From Oscillospiraceae bacterium (lineage in GTDB: Bacteria > Bacillota > Clostridia > Oscillospirales > UBA929), in the NCBI GenBank assembly GCA_031254195.1, contig JAIRUW010000009.1, forward strand, positions 13,906 through 77,905: a DNA stretch of 64,000 nucleotides, given 5' to 3'. The notes beneath the pieces are model-generated. The model ran no database searches, was not told the DNA's origin, and saw only the letters and a list, made by a program, of their open reading frames with translations. Positions 46,097 through 54,730 of the stretch are shown here, one piece after another (the stretch's first letter is position 1; every line of letters starts with the position of its first letter). A program made the translations under genes and the position numbers.

Positions 46097-46804
46097 CTAC
46101 CATGAACTGTAATCGTTTGCGCCCGAGTCAGGGTTTGCCGCTTCCGGGGGTACCGGCGGCAGCGGCCGCGCGCCCAGCGCGTCAAAGGTGTCCGCCACGG
46201 CGATGACCTGATGCAGGGAGACATTCTGCCCGCCAACCGTCAGGAACACCACACCCTCTTCCAGCATCCAGCGGTCAACCTTGCCCTCGGTGTAGAGGGG
46301 GTCGGTCGAAGTGCCGATGTTGGCGCGGACATATTTTCCGACCATAGAAGTCGCGGCCATGATGCTTTCGGCGTTGCCCGAGATGATGTTGTTGTCGAAC
46401 ACCTGAAGGATGTCCTCCACATAAACCCTCGACTGCCCGAGAAGGACATAGGGCTTCCCGGCGTCGATGCCCGCGCCGTCTACCGTCCCAATCACTTCAC
46501 GCGCTTCGCCGGTATCCAGGTTGCGGATTACGCCGACAATGCCCTTGCCGATCAATGAATACGCTTGGCTCTGCATGGTCATGACGGTCATGGCATTGAC
46601 GCTTTCCATCGTCGCAAACTGTGTCATCTGGCTGATCATGTCCACGTTTTCGATGGGGGCTGTCGGGTCCTGATTTTGCAGCTGCGCGATCAGGATGGCC
46701 AAAAACTCATCTTTGCCAAGCACCTTGTTGTGGTTGGGCGTTATCTTCGGAAGGGCGTACTCCTGGGTAATGGGGATTGAATTCACTGCATCCATTTGGT
46801 TCAC
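46097..46804 (-). CDS. flgD: Flagellar hook capping protein FlgD
   Basis: LGKDEFLAILIAQLQNQDP, SQMTQF; two repeated C-terminal beta modules. Confidence 0.92.
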   Translation of the reverse strand: MNQMDAVNSIPITQEYALPKITPNHNKVLGKDEFLAILIAQLQNQDPTAPIENVDMISQMTQFATMESVNAMTVMTMQSQAYSLIGKGIVGVIRNLDTGEAREVIGTVDGAGIDAGKPYVLLGQSRVYVEDILQVFDNNIISGNAESIMAATSMVGKYVRANIGTSTDPLYTEGKVDRWMLEEGVVFLTVGGQNVSLHQVIAVADTFDALGARPLPPVPPEAANPDSGANDYSSW

Positions 46805-46811
46805 CTCAGCA

Positions 46812-48371
46812 TCAAGCTCTGTAATCGAATTGAGAATCGTCCGTATAACCAGACACGCGTCCTATGGTATACGCCGCCGGCGGTTCGGGCCTTCCGGTTT
46901 CTTCCGTGGCTGCTATGGCGGGGATTTTTCCTTTTTTGCCGTTCATCTGCTCGGCAGTTTCCGCGCCGCCCTGCTGGGATCGTCTGTCTGAGAGATAGGT
47001 GCTGATGCGCGGTTCGGTAATCTCTAAGTCTTTCATGTTGATCCCGGCGTCCCTCAGGGAGTTCCTCAACTCCGCAAGGTTCTCGTTGAGCAGTGACCGC
47101 ACCGAGCCGTTATCGCTTCTGAGCTTGGCCGTCATTCCCTCCGCGGTGGCTTCGATGACAAGCTGTATCTTGCCTAAGAACTTCGGGTTCAGCTCCATCT
47201 GCAATACGGATACATCTTGCGTTTTCGCGGCCTGCGCGGCAATCTGGTCTATGATCCGCTCTGCCAGTATCTGCCGTGCCGGAGCGGTTTCCGCTGTTTG
47301 GGACGGCTGTGCCGTTTCGGCAATCGGAATTGTTGGCTGCGGGGCCGCCGCTTGCGGGGCTATTTCCTGTAAGGTAGATACCGCTTCAGGCTTCCCCTCC
47401 GTGCCATATTCCGGCTTCCCGGAGCTATCAGGGGTTTCGATTGGTTCCGTCAAATCCCAGATCACCGGTTCATCTGTCGCTTGAGCAAAAGGCTCTTCCG
47501 GCATTGGCGCGGCTTCAATCGGTTCGGCTTGCCCGGCTGTCTCAAGGGTTTGGTTCAGTGTCACAGCCTGTATGACTGAAAACGGGTTTGCGTATGTCGC
47601 GCGGCGGGGAGACGCGATCTTGAGTCCAGTCACCCGGACGGTATCCGGCAAATCCCTGATAAGGACTCCGGCTTCTCCTTGCACCGTTTCCGCTTGCATC
47701 CCCGCTCGCGGCCCCACTGTTTGCGTTACATTCTCTCCGACGGATTCCTGTCCTGCCGGGGCGGGTTCTGCCGTCTCGGCTTGGAGCGGGGTCTCGCTCC
47801 CATCTGTTTGGAGCGGCGGCACCGGTGGCGGCGCAAACATTATAAACAGGTTTGCCAGCGGCGCCAGTTCCAATGGGAGGTCTTCATCTTGGGGTATTTC
47901 CCGCGCAATCCTCAGCAAGAGGTCAAGCAAGTTGGATAGTTTTTCCTCATCGCCGGCGTTTACAGGGAAATCCTCAAGAATCATCAAAAGGGCCGGCTGT
48001 TCTTGAATATAGAGCTTAAATGCAAATAAAAAACCGTCGTTTTCCTCCTCGCCCAGTAAAAGGGCTATCAGCCGTATCAAGTCATCCTGACTGTCAACAC
48101 GCTGAGGGGATACGACGCTTTCGACATCCTTGTCTATGGGTACCGCCTTTTCGGCTGTTGCGGAAGTCTCAATACGAGACGCTGTCCACATCACGGGGGG
48201 CGGCTCCGCGCTTATGTCCGGGCCGGCGCGGGCGGCGGGGGGTTCGCTGCGGCTCATTAAGGCCGAGATAAAATCAATAAATCCTCCATCCGAATTCTGC
48301 TCCCATATCCCCGGACCCGCTCTTCCGTGAGGGGCCGCTGTATGGACGGATAGGGCGCTTACATGTTCCAT
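46812..48371 (-). CDS. fliK: Flagellar hook-length control protein FliK
   Basis: Long Pro/Ala/Glu-rich region; C-terminal LQMELNPKFLGKI...LRNSL T3S4 domain; GGAGG RBS before ATG 48371. Confidence 0.85.
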   Translation of the reverse strand: MEHVSALSVHTAAPHGRAGPGIWEQNSDGGFIDFISALMSRSEPPAARAGPDISAEPPPVMWTASRIETSATAEKAVPIDKDVESVVSPQRVDSQDDLIRLIALLLGEEENDGFLFAFKLYIQEQPALLMILEDFPVNAGDEEKLSNLLDLLLRIAREIPQDEDLPLELAPLANLFIMFAPPPVPPLQTDGSETPLQAETAEPAPAGQESVGENVTQTVGPRAGMQAETVQGEAGVLIRDLPDTVRVTGLKIASPRRATYANPFSVIQAVTLNQTLETAGQAEPIEAAPMPEEPFAQATDEPVIWDLTEPIETPDSSGKPEYGTEGKPEAVSTLQEIAPQAAAPQPTIPIAETAQPSQTAETAPARQILAERIIDQIAAQAAKTQDVSVLQMELNPKFLGKIQLVIEATAEGMTAKLRSDNGSVRSLLNENLAELRNSLRDAGINMKDLEITEPRISTYLSDRRSQQGGAETAEQMNGKKGKIPAIAATEETGRPEPPAAYTIGRVSGYTDDSQFDYRA

Positions 48372-48414
48372 CCGTTCGCCTCCTTCGATAATTGCGATAA
48401 TCTCGCTGATTGGT

Positions 48415-48442
48415 ATATCGAAAGATAAAGACAATGCTTTAG
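48415..48442 (-). promoter_or_regulatory. Putative sigma-28 promoter upstream of fliK
   Basis: Minus strand CTAAA-15-TTCGATAT versus consensus TAAA-15-GCCGATAT. Confidence 0.55.
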
Positions 48443-48571
48443 CAAAATTTTTAGTGAATTTTTGTTTCCCTGCCAGAAAACAGGGGGGGTTCTGCGTTAT
48501 GCCGCGCCCCATGCGCGGTCCGCGGACGGGAGTGAAAATAGATTCCACTCCCCGCGAACCTATGGGGCGTC

Positions 48572-49114
48572 TCAACTTTCCATCTGCTTGCCCAGAAATC
48601 CCGCGACGGTTTGCGCCAGTTTATATTCCGTATCAGAAAACGGCGCGCCGTTTTCTGCCAACAGAAATACAACGGCGCCGGAAATATCGCCTTCCGCGAC
48701 GATCGGCGCAGCGATCCCCGCGTGGTATTTTTCCTGCCCGTCGGAAACGGGGATTTTCGTCCCGCCCTGTTTATGCTGATAGACCTGGCGGCTTTCCATG
48801 ATTTTCTCCAGTTCTTCGCCGATGCGCTTTTCCATTAAATCGCGCTGCGGCAGTCCGCTCACCGCAATCACCGCGTCGCGGTCGCAGATGCAGACCATCG
48901 CCCCGGTGGTTTTACCCAGCGTGTCGCAGAGCTGCGCCGCGAACGCCGACAACTCCCCCATAGGGCTGTATTTTTTGAATATTACCTCGCCGTCTTTGTC
49001 GGTGTAGATCTCCAAAGGGTCGCCCTCGCGGATACGCATGGTGCGCCGGATCTCCTTAGGGATGACCACGCGGCCGAGGTCATCAATCCGTCTGACTATT
49101 CCTGTCGCTTTCAA
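48572..49114 (-). CDS. spoVT: Stage V sporulation protein T (AbrB-family regulator)
   Basis: MKATGIVRRIDDLGRVVIPKEIRRT...GDPLEI; GAF-like C terminus. Confidence 0.96.
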   Translation of the reverse strand: MKATGIVRRIDDLGRVVIPKEIRRTMRIREGDPLEIYTDKDGEVIFKKYSPMGELSAFAAQLCDTLGKTTGAMVCICDRDAVIAVSGLPQRDLMEKRIGEELEKIMESRQVYQHKQGGTKIPVSDGQEKYHAGIAAPIVAEGDISGAVVFLLAENGAPFSDTEYKLAQTVAGFLGKQMES

Positions 49115-49193
49115 TGGATTCCCTCCTATTTAACGTCGAGCGCAGTCCTGGCGTAAGCCTGGACATGCTAGACGTCGAGTTGGATTTCATCTA

Positions 49194-49223
49194 TAGATTG
49201 CGCAAGGATTTGCTTAAGTATGC
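49194..49223 (-). promoter_or_regulatory. Putative sigma-G promoter of spoVT
   Basis: Minus strand GCATA-18-CAATCTA; spoVT is a known sigma-G target. Confidence 0.6.
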
Positions 49224-49351
49224 AAAATGTTCCCCCGGAAGATTTTAGGAAGTGTATTCCGGCTACGGGTGATTTCCCCATAAAACGCGCTTTAGGCGAT
49301 TTGTCAAGCGTTAATAAGATAAGGTGGTATTATTTGTGTGGGGTGATCATT

Positions 49352-49456
49352 TTGAAACCTGGCCTGCCGATCAAGGCGTGGAAAGCAGAGCGCGACGGGC
49401 AAGTGTACAGCTTGCCCATCGAACTTACACAATTTCACCTTTTACTCACTGACTAG
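49352..49456 (+). other. 34-codon ORF or gene stub MKPGLPIKAWKAERDGQVYSLPIELTQFHLLLTD
   Basis: TGGTATTAT extended -10 (49325-49333), GGGGTGA RBS, TTG start; ends inside the 3' end of the convergent permease gene. Confidence 0.35.
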
Positions 49457-51784
49457 CGCATACGCCGAGATTTTACGTATCCGCCACGCAATCAGCATCG
49501 ACACGGCGTAGGCCAGAACAACCAGCGCGGCGCAAACCACGATGATCTGGTCGAGAGGTACGGGCAGATTGAGTCTCGCAATCCCCACGCCGCTTGTTAA
49601 TGCCGACATTAGCGGATTGAACCCGAAGTATCCCGCGGCCGCGCCTGCCGCTACGCCCAATAGAATAGCAGGCGTCATGTTCAACGCGATTTGGTTCATA
49701 AGCTGCCATGTCGTAAAGCCGACCGCTTTCTGTATTCCCAGTTCGCGCCGCCTGCGCAGAATGGTTGTCTTGATGACCATATACAGCGTCAGCACAATCA
49801 CAAACACCGTAACCGCAAGGATGCCGTAGGCGGCCGCCGCGAACATACCGCCCATACCGTCAAATACAACGCCAACTTGATCATACGTATTGATGATCGT
49901 GTCGAGAATGCCGCCTTCCGCCGCTTGAACGCGTTCGATAAACGATTCAACATCAACCCCCTCATTCAGGTATATATTAAATATAGTGAACATGAACTCA
50001 GGCATAACCTCGCGCGCCCCATCGGCGGTCATGAGTCCGATCAAACCAGCATTTTCTATCATCTGGATAATCCCGGTAATGATGTATTCCTTTTCTATTC
50101 CGCTGTTTTGTATTGTCACTTTATCACCGGCTTTTTTGCCTGTCGCTCTTATTGCTCCGGGCCCAAGCGCGATTTCGTTTTCGTGGCGGGGATAAAACCC
50201 GGAGACTAACAATGCGCCCTCCAGCAACGAACAATCTTCCGTTACGATTAGGTAAGTGTTTATTTCATCAACTAGAATCCTTTCCCCTGTCGATTCATAC
50301 CTTAGCACCTTGCGCACTTCCGGGTATTCCGCAATCCTTTTTTGAAACGCCTCTCCGTCGTCGCCGTTTAGTAACCCGGCAATCGCGTCGGTGGCGCCGA
50401 GTTCCCCAAACCCCGTGCGGGCAAAGGCATCCCGGCCGTCGTTCATGCTGTAATTGATGGCGATACCCGCTACCGCCGCCATTGTCACCGCCGCCACGAT
50501 TAAACCGATGGTAATCGTTTGCTTCTTACTTTGAGCGATCTGCTTAAGTGAAAGTAAAAGAGAAAGCGGGCCGCGGGATTTGCTTAAGGGAAAAGAGTTT
50601 TTCCTGAAGCTGTGGACGGCCATTCCCCCGCGCAAAGCGACAAGCGGGTGGAGTGTATTGATTTTGCGCGATGTCATATAAGCGATAAGCGTTACGGTCA
50701 GCAGAACAAGCAGTATTGATATAACCGCCGTATAAAGCTCAAATCCCGGACTCCAAACCAGCGCGAGCGACGGCTCTAATACTTTCGCTATCAAGGGAAG
50801 CACAACCCCTGCCAGTATAACGCCGATGAGCCCGCCGATCAACGCCACAAGCCCGTATTGTGTAACCAATGCGGAGATAATCTGTATATTCCTGTACCCA
50901 ATCGCTTTTTGCGTCCCGATATTGGCCATACTTTCTTCGATGCTGTTAACAATACGGAAACGTATGACAATCAGGCTGACGCCCAGCAGTATCAAAGCGA
51001 AAGCCGTAATAACAACCGAAATAATGGCCGGAAGCATTGTGCGCACCATTTTCGCTGCATCATAGCCAAACGAGGAAAGCAATCCGTCGGTTGAAACCTC
51101 TTTATAGTAATCCGTTTGGAAAAACACCGTATCGTCAGCATTTTCCAGCCGCGCGGTCAAAACCGTTAAGCGGTTGTTGAGAAACTCGTTTTCTATTTTA
51201 TCGAACCGCTCGTCAGATATATAGAAGCGGAGAAACGGACCCAATTGCGTTCCGAAAGTTATATCTTCCGTAGTACCCGCGATGGTAAAGACAAGTTCTG
51301 TTCCTGATATAAACAGTGTAAACTCGTCGCCCATGCTAAACCCGCCGTCAAGGTATGTATAATAAGGGATATAGACCCGATCGCCCGTCAAGGGCAGATA
51401 TTCCCCGATAAAAGACGGTGCGTCCATTTTTTGCGTTCCGTCAACGCGGGATACCATAATTCCGTTCATGGCCTTCACACCGTTTGCAAGATATTCACCA
51501 AGTCCGCCGACCGCGTATGTTTTTTCGATTTCAACCACCCGCGCATCGTGTTCCATGAATTTTTGCCCCTGCCCGATAGCATCCGCGCCGGAGTAATAGA
51601 GGGCTGCAAAGTGCGGCGCGTAATTGGCTTCGGCGCGTTCATCAAAGAACCTGTCAATACCGAAAAAGAGCGTAATCCCAATGCTAAGAAGCATCACCGT
51701 AATCGACGCGAACGCAAACAGGCCGGCTGTCTGCCCTTTATTTTTGCGGATAGGAGCGAGCGCAAGCATAAAAATCTTATTCAA
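49442..51784 (-). CDS. ABC transporter permease, FtsX/MacB family (two FtsX modules)
   Basis: Two extracellular domains each followed by three TMs; IGTQKAIGY and LGIQKAVGF motifs. Confidence 0.9.
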   Translation of the reverse strand: MNKIFMLALAPIRKNKGQTAGLFAFASITVMLLSIGITLFFGIDRFFDERAEANYAPHFAALYYSGADAIGQGQKFMEHDARVVEIEKTYAVGGLGEYLANGVKAMNGIMVSRVDGTQKMDAPSFIGEYLPLTGDRVYIPYYTYLDGGFSMGDEFTLFISGTELVFTIAGTTEDITFGTQLGPFLRFYISDERFDKIENEFLNNRLTVLTARLENADDTVFFQTDYYKEVSTDGLLSSFGYDAAKMVRTMLPAIISVVITAFALILLGVSLIVIRFRIVNSIEESMANIGTQKAIGYRNIQIISALVTQYGLVALIGGLIGVILAGVVLPLIAKVLEPSLALVWSPGFELYTAVISILLVLLTVTLIAYMTSRKINTLHPLVALRGGMAVHSFRKNSFPLSKSRGPLSLLLSLKQIAQSKKQTITIGLIVAAVTMAAVAGIAINYSMNDGRDAFARTGFGELGATDAIAGLLNGDDGEAFQKRIAEYPEVRKVLRYESTGERILVDEINTYLIVTEDCSLLEGALLVSGFYPRHENEIALGPGAIRATGKKAGDKVTIQNSGIEKEYIITGIIQMIENAGLIGLMTADGAREVMPEFMFTIFNIYLNEGVDVESFIERVQAAEGGILDTIINTYDQVGVVFDGMGGMFAAAAYGILAVTVFVIVLTLYMVIKTTILRRRRELGIQKAVGFTTWQLMNQIALNMTPAILLGVAAGAAAGYFGFNPLMSALTSGVGIARLNLPVPLDQIIVVCAALVVLAYAVSMLIAWRIRKISAYALVSE

Positions 51785-51806
51785 AATGAAAACCTCCGCT
51801 TTCTTC

Positions 51807-51848
51807 TAACTGTTAACTGTTAACTGTTAATTGTTCACTGTTAACTGA
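51807..51848. repeat. Intergenic heptamer tandem repeat (TGTTAAC)x5 plus partial units
   Basis: TAAC TGTTAAC TGTTAAC TGTTAAT TGTTCAC TGTTAAC TGA between the ATPase stop and permease start. Confidence 0.9.
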
Positions 51849-51850
51849 CA

Positions 51851-52609
51851 TCACCATCCCATTTCCGATAGGAACGCGCTCAGTTTATCGTGCCGCGCGT
51901 TATCGCCGCTTGCGTATTTACCAAGCTGACACTCCCCGCGTATCACGCCGTCCTGTAAGTATAGGATACGGTTGCCGCGCCGCGCCGACTTCATATCATG
52001 TGTGACCATGACGACGCTCTGCCCCTGTCTGTTGGCCTCGGTCAGCGCGTCGAGCACGGCTTCTCCATTTGCGGAGTTGAGCGCCCCGGTCGGCTCATCT
52101 GCAAAGACGATTTTAGGGTTGTTGATCAGGGCGCGGGCGATCCCGGCGCGTTGGGCTTCGCCGCCGGAGACTTGAGCAGGGAACTTGCGCCATGTCGTTT
52201 CATTGAGATTCAAACGCACTAAAAGCTCCTTTGCTTTTTCGGCAACGGCTTTCTTGTTCTTGCTGACCAGCAAGCCGCAAGCCAGTATGTTATCTAAAAC
52301 GCTCATGTTGTCAAGCAGATACATCTGTTGAAACACGAATCCGCAGTTGTCGCGCCGGAATACCGCCAGTTTGTCGTTGGACAGATTGCCAATTTCCCGT
52401 CCCGAAAAGCTGATCGCTCCGACGGTTGGTTTATCCATGCCGGACAGCGCGTACAGCAGCGTGGATTTACCCGCCCCGGAAGGCCCCATGATAACGGTAA
52501 AGTCGCCTTCATAGCGTTCAAGGTCAAGGTTTTTCAAAACGTGCTGCTGCAAGCCCCCGCTTGAAAAGGTCTTGCAAAGTTTGTTTGTTTTCAGTATCGC
52601 GTTTTGCAT
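51851..52609 (-). CDS. ABC transporter ATP-binding protein (LolD/MacB family)
   Basis: GPSGAGKST, VSGGEAQR, FADEPTGAL, MVTHD. Confidence 0.95.
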   Translation of the reverse strand: MQNAILKTNKLCKTFSSGGLQQHVLKNLDLERYEGDFTVIMGPSGAGKSTLLYALSGMDKPTVGAISFSGREIGNLSNDKLAVFRRDNCGFVFQQMYLLDNMSVLDNILACGLLVSKNKKAVAEKAKELLVRLNLNETTWRKFPAQVSGGEAQRAGIARALINNPKIVFADEPTGALNSANGEAVLDALTEANRQGQSVVMVTHDMKSARRGNRILYLQDGVIRGECQLGKYASGDNARHDKLSAFLSEMGW

Positions 52610-52632
52610 GATATTGCTCCCCCCATAAATTG

Positions 52633-52733
52633 AAAATGAGATTGCCTTGCCTCGTAAGGCGCAATCTCATTTTACATCGCCGCAACCTTAACTGACTTTA
52701 ACTCAACCTTAAATCTTCCTTAATTCACCTTAA
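52633..52733 (-). promoter_or_regulatory. ABC promoter region with five TTAAGG-like direct repeats and a long inverted repeat
   Basis: Plus-strand CCTTAA/CTTTAA at 52686, 52696, 52707, 52718, 52728 (10-11 nt spacing); AAAATGAGATTGC (52633-52645) / GCAATCTCATTTT (52661-52673). Confidence 0.7.
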
Positions 52734-53868
52734 ATATTTTGGTCTCATCGGAACCCGCCAATTTGAGCGTCAGCGTGACGGTAAAGCCATTGACACGGTT
52801 CGCGCAGCGAAGACTGCCTGACATTTGCTCCATAAAATACTTAGAGATATACAAGCCCAAGCCGTAGCCGTCGGATTTTAGGCTGTTCGTTCCGCGGTAG
52901 AATTTATTGAATAGCAACGGTATTTCTTCTTCGGGTACACCGAGGCCAAAATCCAGCACATCTATAATCAGGGAATCTCCGTCAATACGGGATTGAATGG
53001 AAAGTTCGGTGAGGGCGTATTTATAGGAGTTGTGGATGATATTGTCAAACACCTGCTGTAACCGCAGAGGGTCGGCCAATAGTATGCAGTCCGGCAGCGT
53101 AAATGACAACACCCTTTCCTCATAATCCGCGTTTTGGATAAGCGCGGGGATTTCCGCGCTTTGAATCTCACGCCGCGACACTTCCAAGGCTTGCAACTCT
53201 TCAAGGGTCGCGTGGAACATATTGGTGACAAGCGTGTTTATCTGTTCCAATTTCGCGTTGACGGATTCAATCGTTTTCCTCTCTTTATCGTCTTTGGCTT
53301 TGACAAGCATAAGTTCCATTGCCGACATGATGGAGGCAACCGGGGTTTTTATATCATGACTGAGTGAAGCCACAAGTTCCTTTTTGCTGTGATTGGCTTT
53401 ATATTCATTTTCCCTTGCTGTCCGCAGCTCATCCCGCATGATGTCAAAACATTCCGTGAACGCGCCAAACAGATGATGTTCGTCCATTTCCAGAGGTATG
53501 TCCAGATTCCCGGCCGCTATGCGGTGGGCGAAATGTTGCAGTTTGCGAAACGGCGAAAAGAAATTGCGTTCACAATATAGGCATAACAATATTCCGGCAA
53601 AAGCAAATGCGAAAATAGTAATGTACAATGAAACCCGCAAAGCGTTATCCCTGCCGCGCCTTGCCGCATCCATATCCTCTGCGGCCTTTGTCAGTTCGTC
53701 TACTAAAATATTGACTGCGTTCTCCACAGAGCCGCTCTTCATAGCCGATCGCGCGGCGTTATTTATGAGTATTGAATCGGGCGGCCATATATCACCCCGA
53801 AAGGACAGTGAAATAATGATTGTGCTTGCAATAGCAACGGCAACAATCAAGGCAACGATTCTTTTCAT
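52720..53868 (-). CDS. Sensor histidine kinase (2 TM, HAMP)
   Basis: SLSHDIKTP, NIIHNSYKY, DFGLG, GYGLGL. Confidence 0.92.
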   Translation of the reverse strand: MKRIVALIVAVAIASTIIISLSFRGDIWPPDSILINNAARSAMKSGSVENAVNILVDELTKAAEDMDAARRGRDNALRVSLYITIFAFAFAGILLCLYCERNFFSPFRKLQHFAHRIAAGNLDIPLEMDEHHLFGAFTECFDIMRDELRTARENEYKANHSKKELVASLSHDIKTPVASIMSAMELMLVKAKDDKERKTIESVNAKLEQINTLVTNMFHATLEELQALEVSRREIQSAEIPALIQNADYEERVLSFTLPDCILLADPLRLQQVFDNIIHNSYKYALTELSIQSRIDGDSLIIDVLDFGLGVPEEEIPLLFNKFYRGTNSLKSDGYGLGLYISKYFMEQMSGSLRCANRVNGFTVTLTLKLAGSDETKIFKVN

Positions 53869-54548
53869 AGCCTCGCCTCAAAAATATAACCCACACCCCG
53901 TTCCGTTTTGATATATTGCGGCTCGTTGGGATTCTTCTCAATTTTCTCACGCAAACGGCGCACATGGACGTTCAATGTGTTGTCTTCCACAATGGCATCC
54001 TCCCACACGTTCCTGAAAAGTTCATCTTTGGGGATAACGCGATTCCTGTTATTTACGAGGTACGAGAGCAGCTTGTATTCCATTGCTTTTAACTCAGTCT
54101 TAACGCCGTCCACGGATACGGTTTTTTCCGCAAAATCTATATAGAAATCCCCATCGGCAAAAAAACCTTCTTCAACGGCAGGGCTTTTGTAGCGTTTCAG
54201 CACCGCTTTTACTTTCGCAAGCAGTACGGTAAGCGAATACGGCTTTTTAATATAGTCGTCGCCGCCTATGTTTAGAGCCAGCACCATATCATCATCGCTT
54301 GTCCGCGCGCTGATGAATAAAATAGGTACGCTGGTCGTTCTCCGTAAGTGTTTGCATAAATCGAAGCCTGATGAATTGCCTAAGTTAATATCCAGCAGGA
54401 TTAAATCCGTATCATTATTGCGAAAAAACTCCAGGCACGACTCTTCATCGGCAACCCATGCGGTTTTTATATGGAACATTTCAAAATATTCGCGGGTGTT
54501 TTCCGATAGCATTATTTCGTCGTCAACAATTAGGCAATCATATATCAT
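53865..54548 (-). CDS. OmpR-family response regulator
   Basis: LIVDD...LLDINL...FISA...KP; winged helix NTLNVHVRRLREKIE...TERGVGY; start ATG 54548. Confidence 0.93.
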   Translation of the reverse strand: MIYDCLIVDDEIMLSENTREYFEMFHIKTAWVADEESCLEFFRNNDTDLILLDINLGNSSGFDLCKHLRRTTSVPILFISARTSDDDMVLALNIGGDDYIKKPYSLTVLLAKVKAVLKRYKSPAVEEGFFADGDFYIDFAEKTVSVDGVKTELKAMEYKLLSYLVNNRNRVIPKDELFRNVWEDAIVEDNTLNVHVRRLREKIEKNPNEPQYIKTERGVGYIFEARL

Positions 54549-54628
54549 TTGATGAGGCCTCCCTGCGCTTTCTTGGCTTCTATACGGTTGTTCTCGCGGT
54601 ATTTGCCGAGTTCGTTCAAGTTGAGCAT
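54545..54628 (-). pseudogene. 27-codon stub resembling the N terminus of AlbA_2/Schlafen-domain proteins
   Basis: MLNLNELGKYRENNRIEAKKAQGGLIK* with GGAGGA RBS and TTGCGG-18-TATAAT promoter (54648-54677); stop overlaps regulator ATG (ATGA). Confidence 0.6.
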
Positions 54629-54730
54629 AGTCATTTCCTCCGCAACTATTATACACCGATCTCCTGCCGTTCCGCAAGTCCATCCATCGCTATATAGGGC
54701 GTTTCTCACAACATCATTCTCTTGCGAAAA

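Noticed and set aside
48372-48575. Upstream extension of fliK overlapping the spoVT stop
   Set aside because: Runs through hairpin and promoter sequence; a good RBS precedes ATG 48371
51807-52733. CRISPR-like array suggested by short repeats
   Set aside because: Units are 6-7 nt without unique spacers, and no cas genes are present
54549-54683. Upstream extension of the OmpR regulator ORF
   Set aside because: Covers a promoter and a separate stub ORF in another frame; the receiver domain starts at 54548
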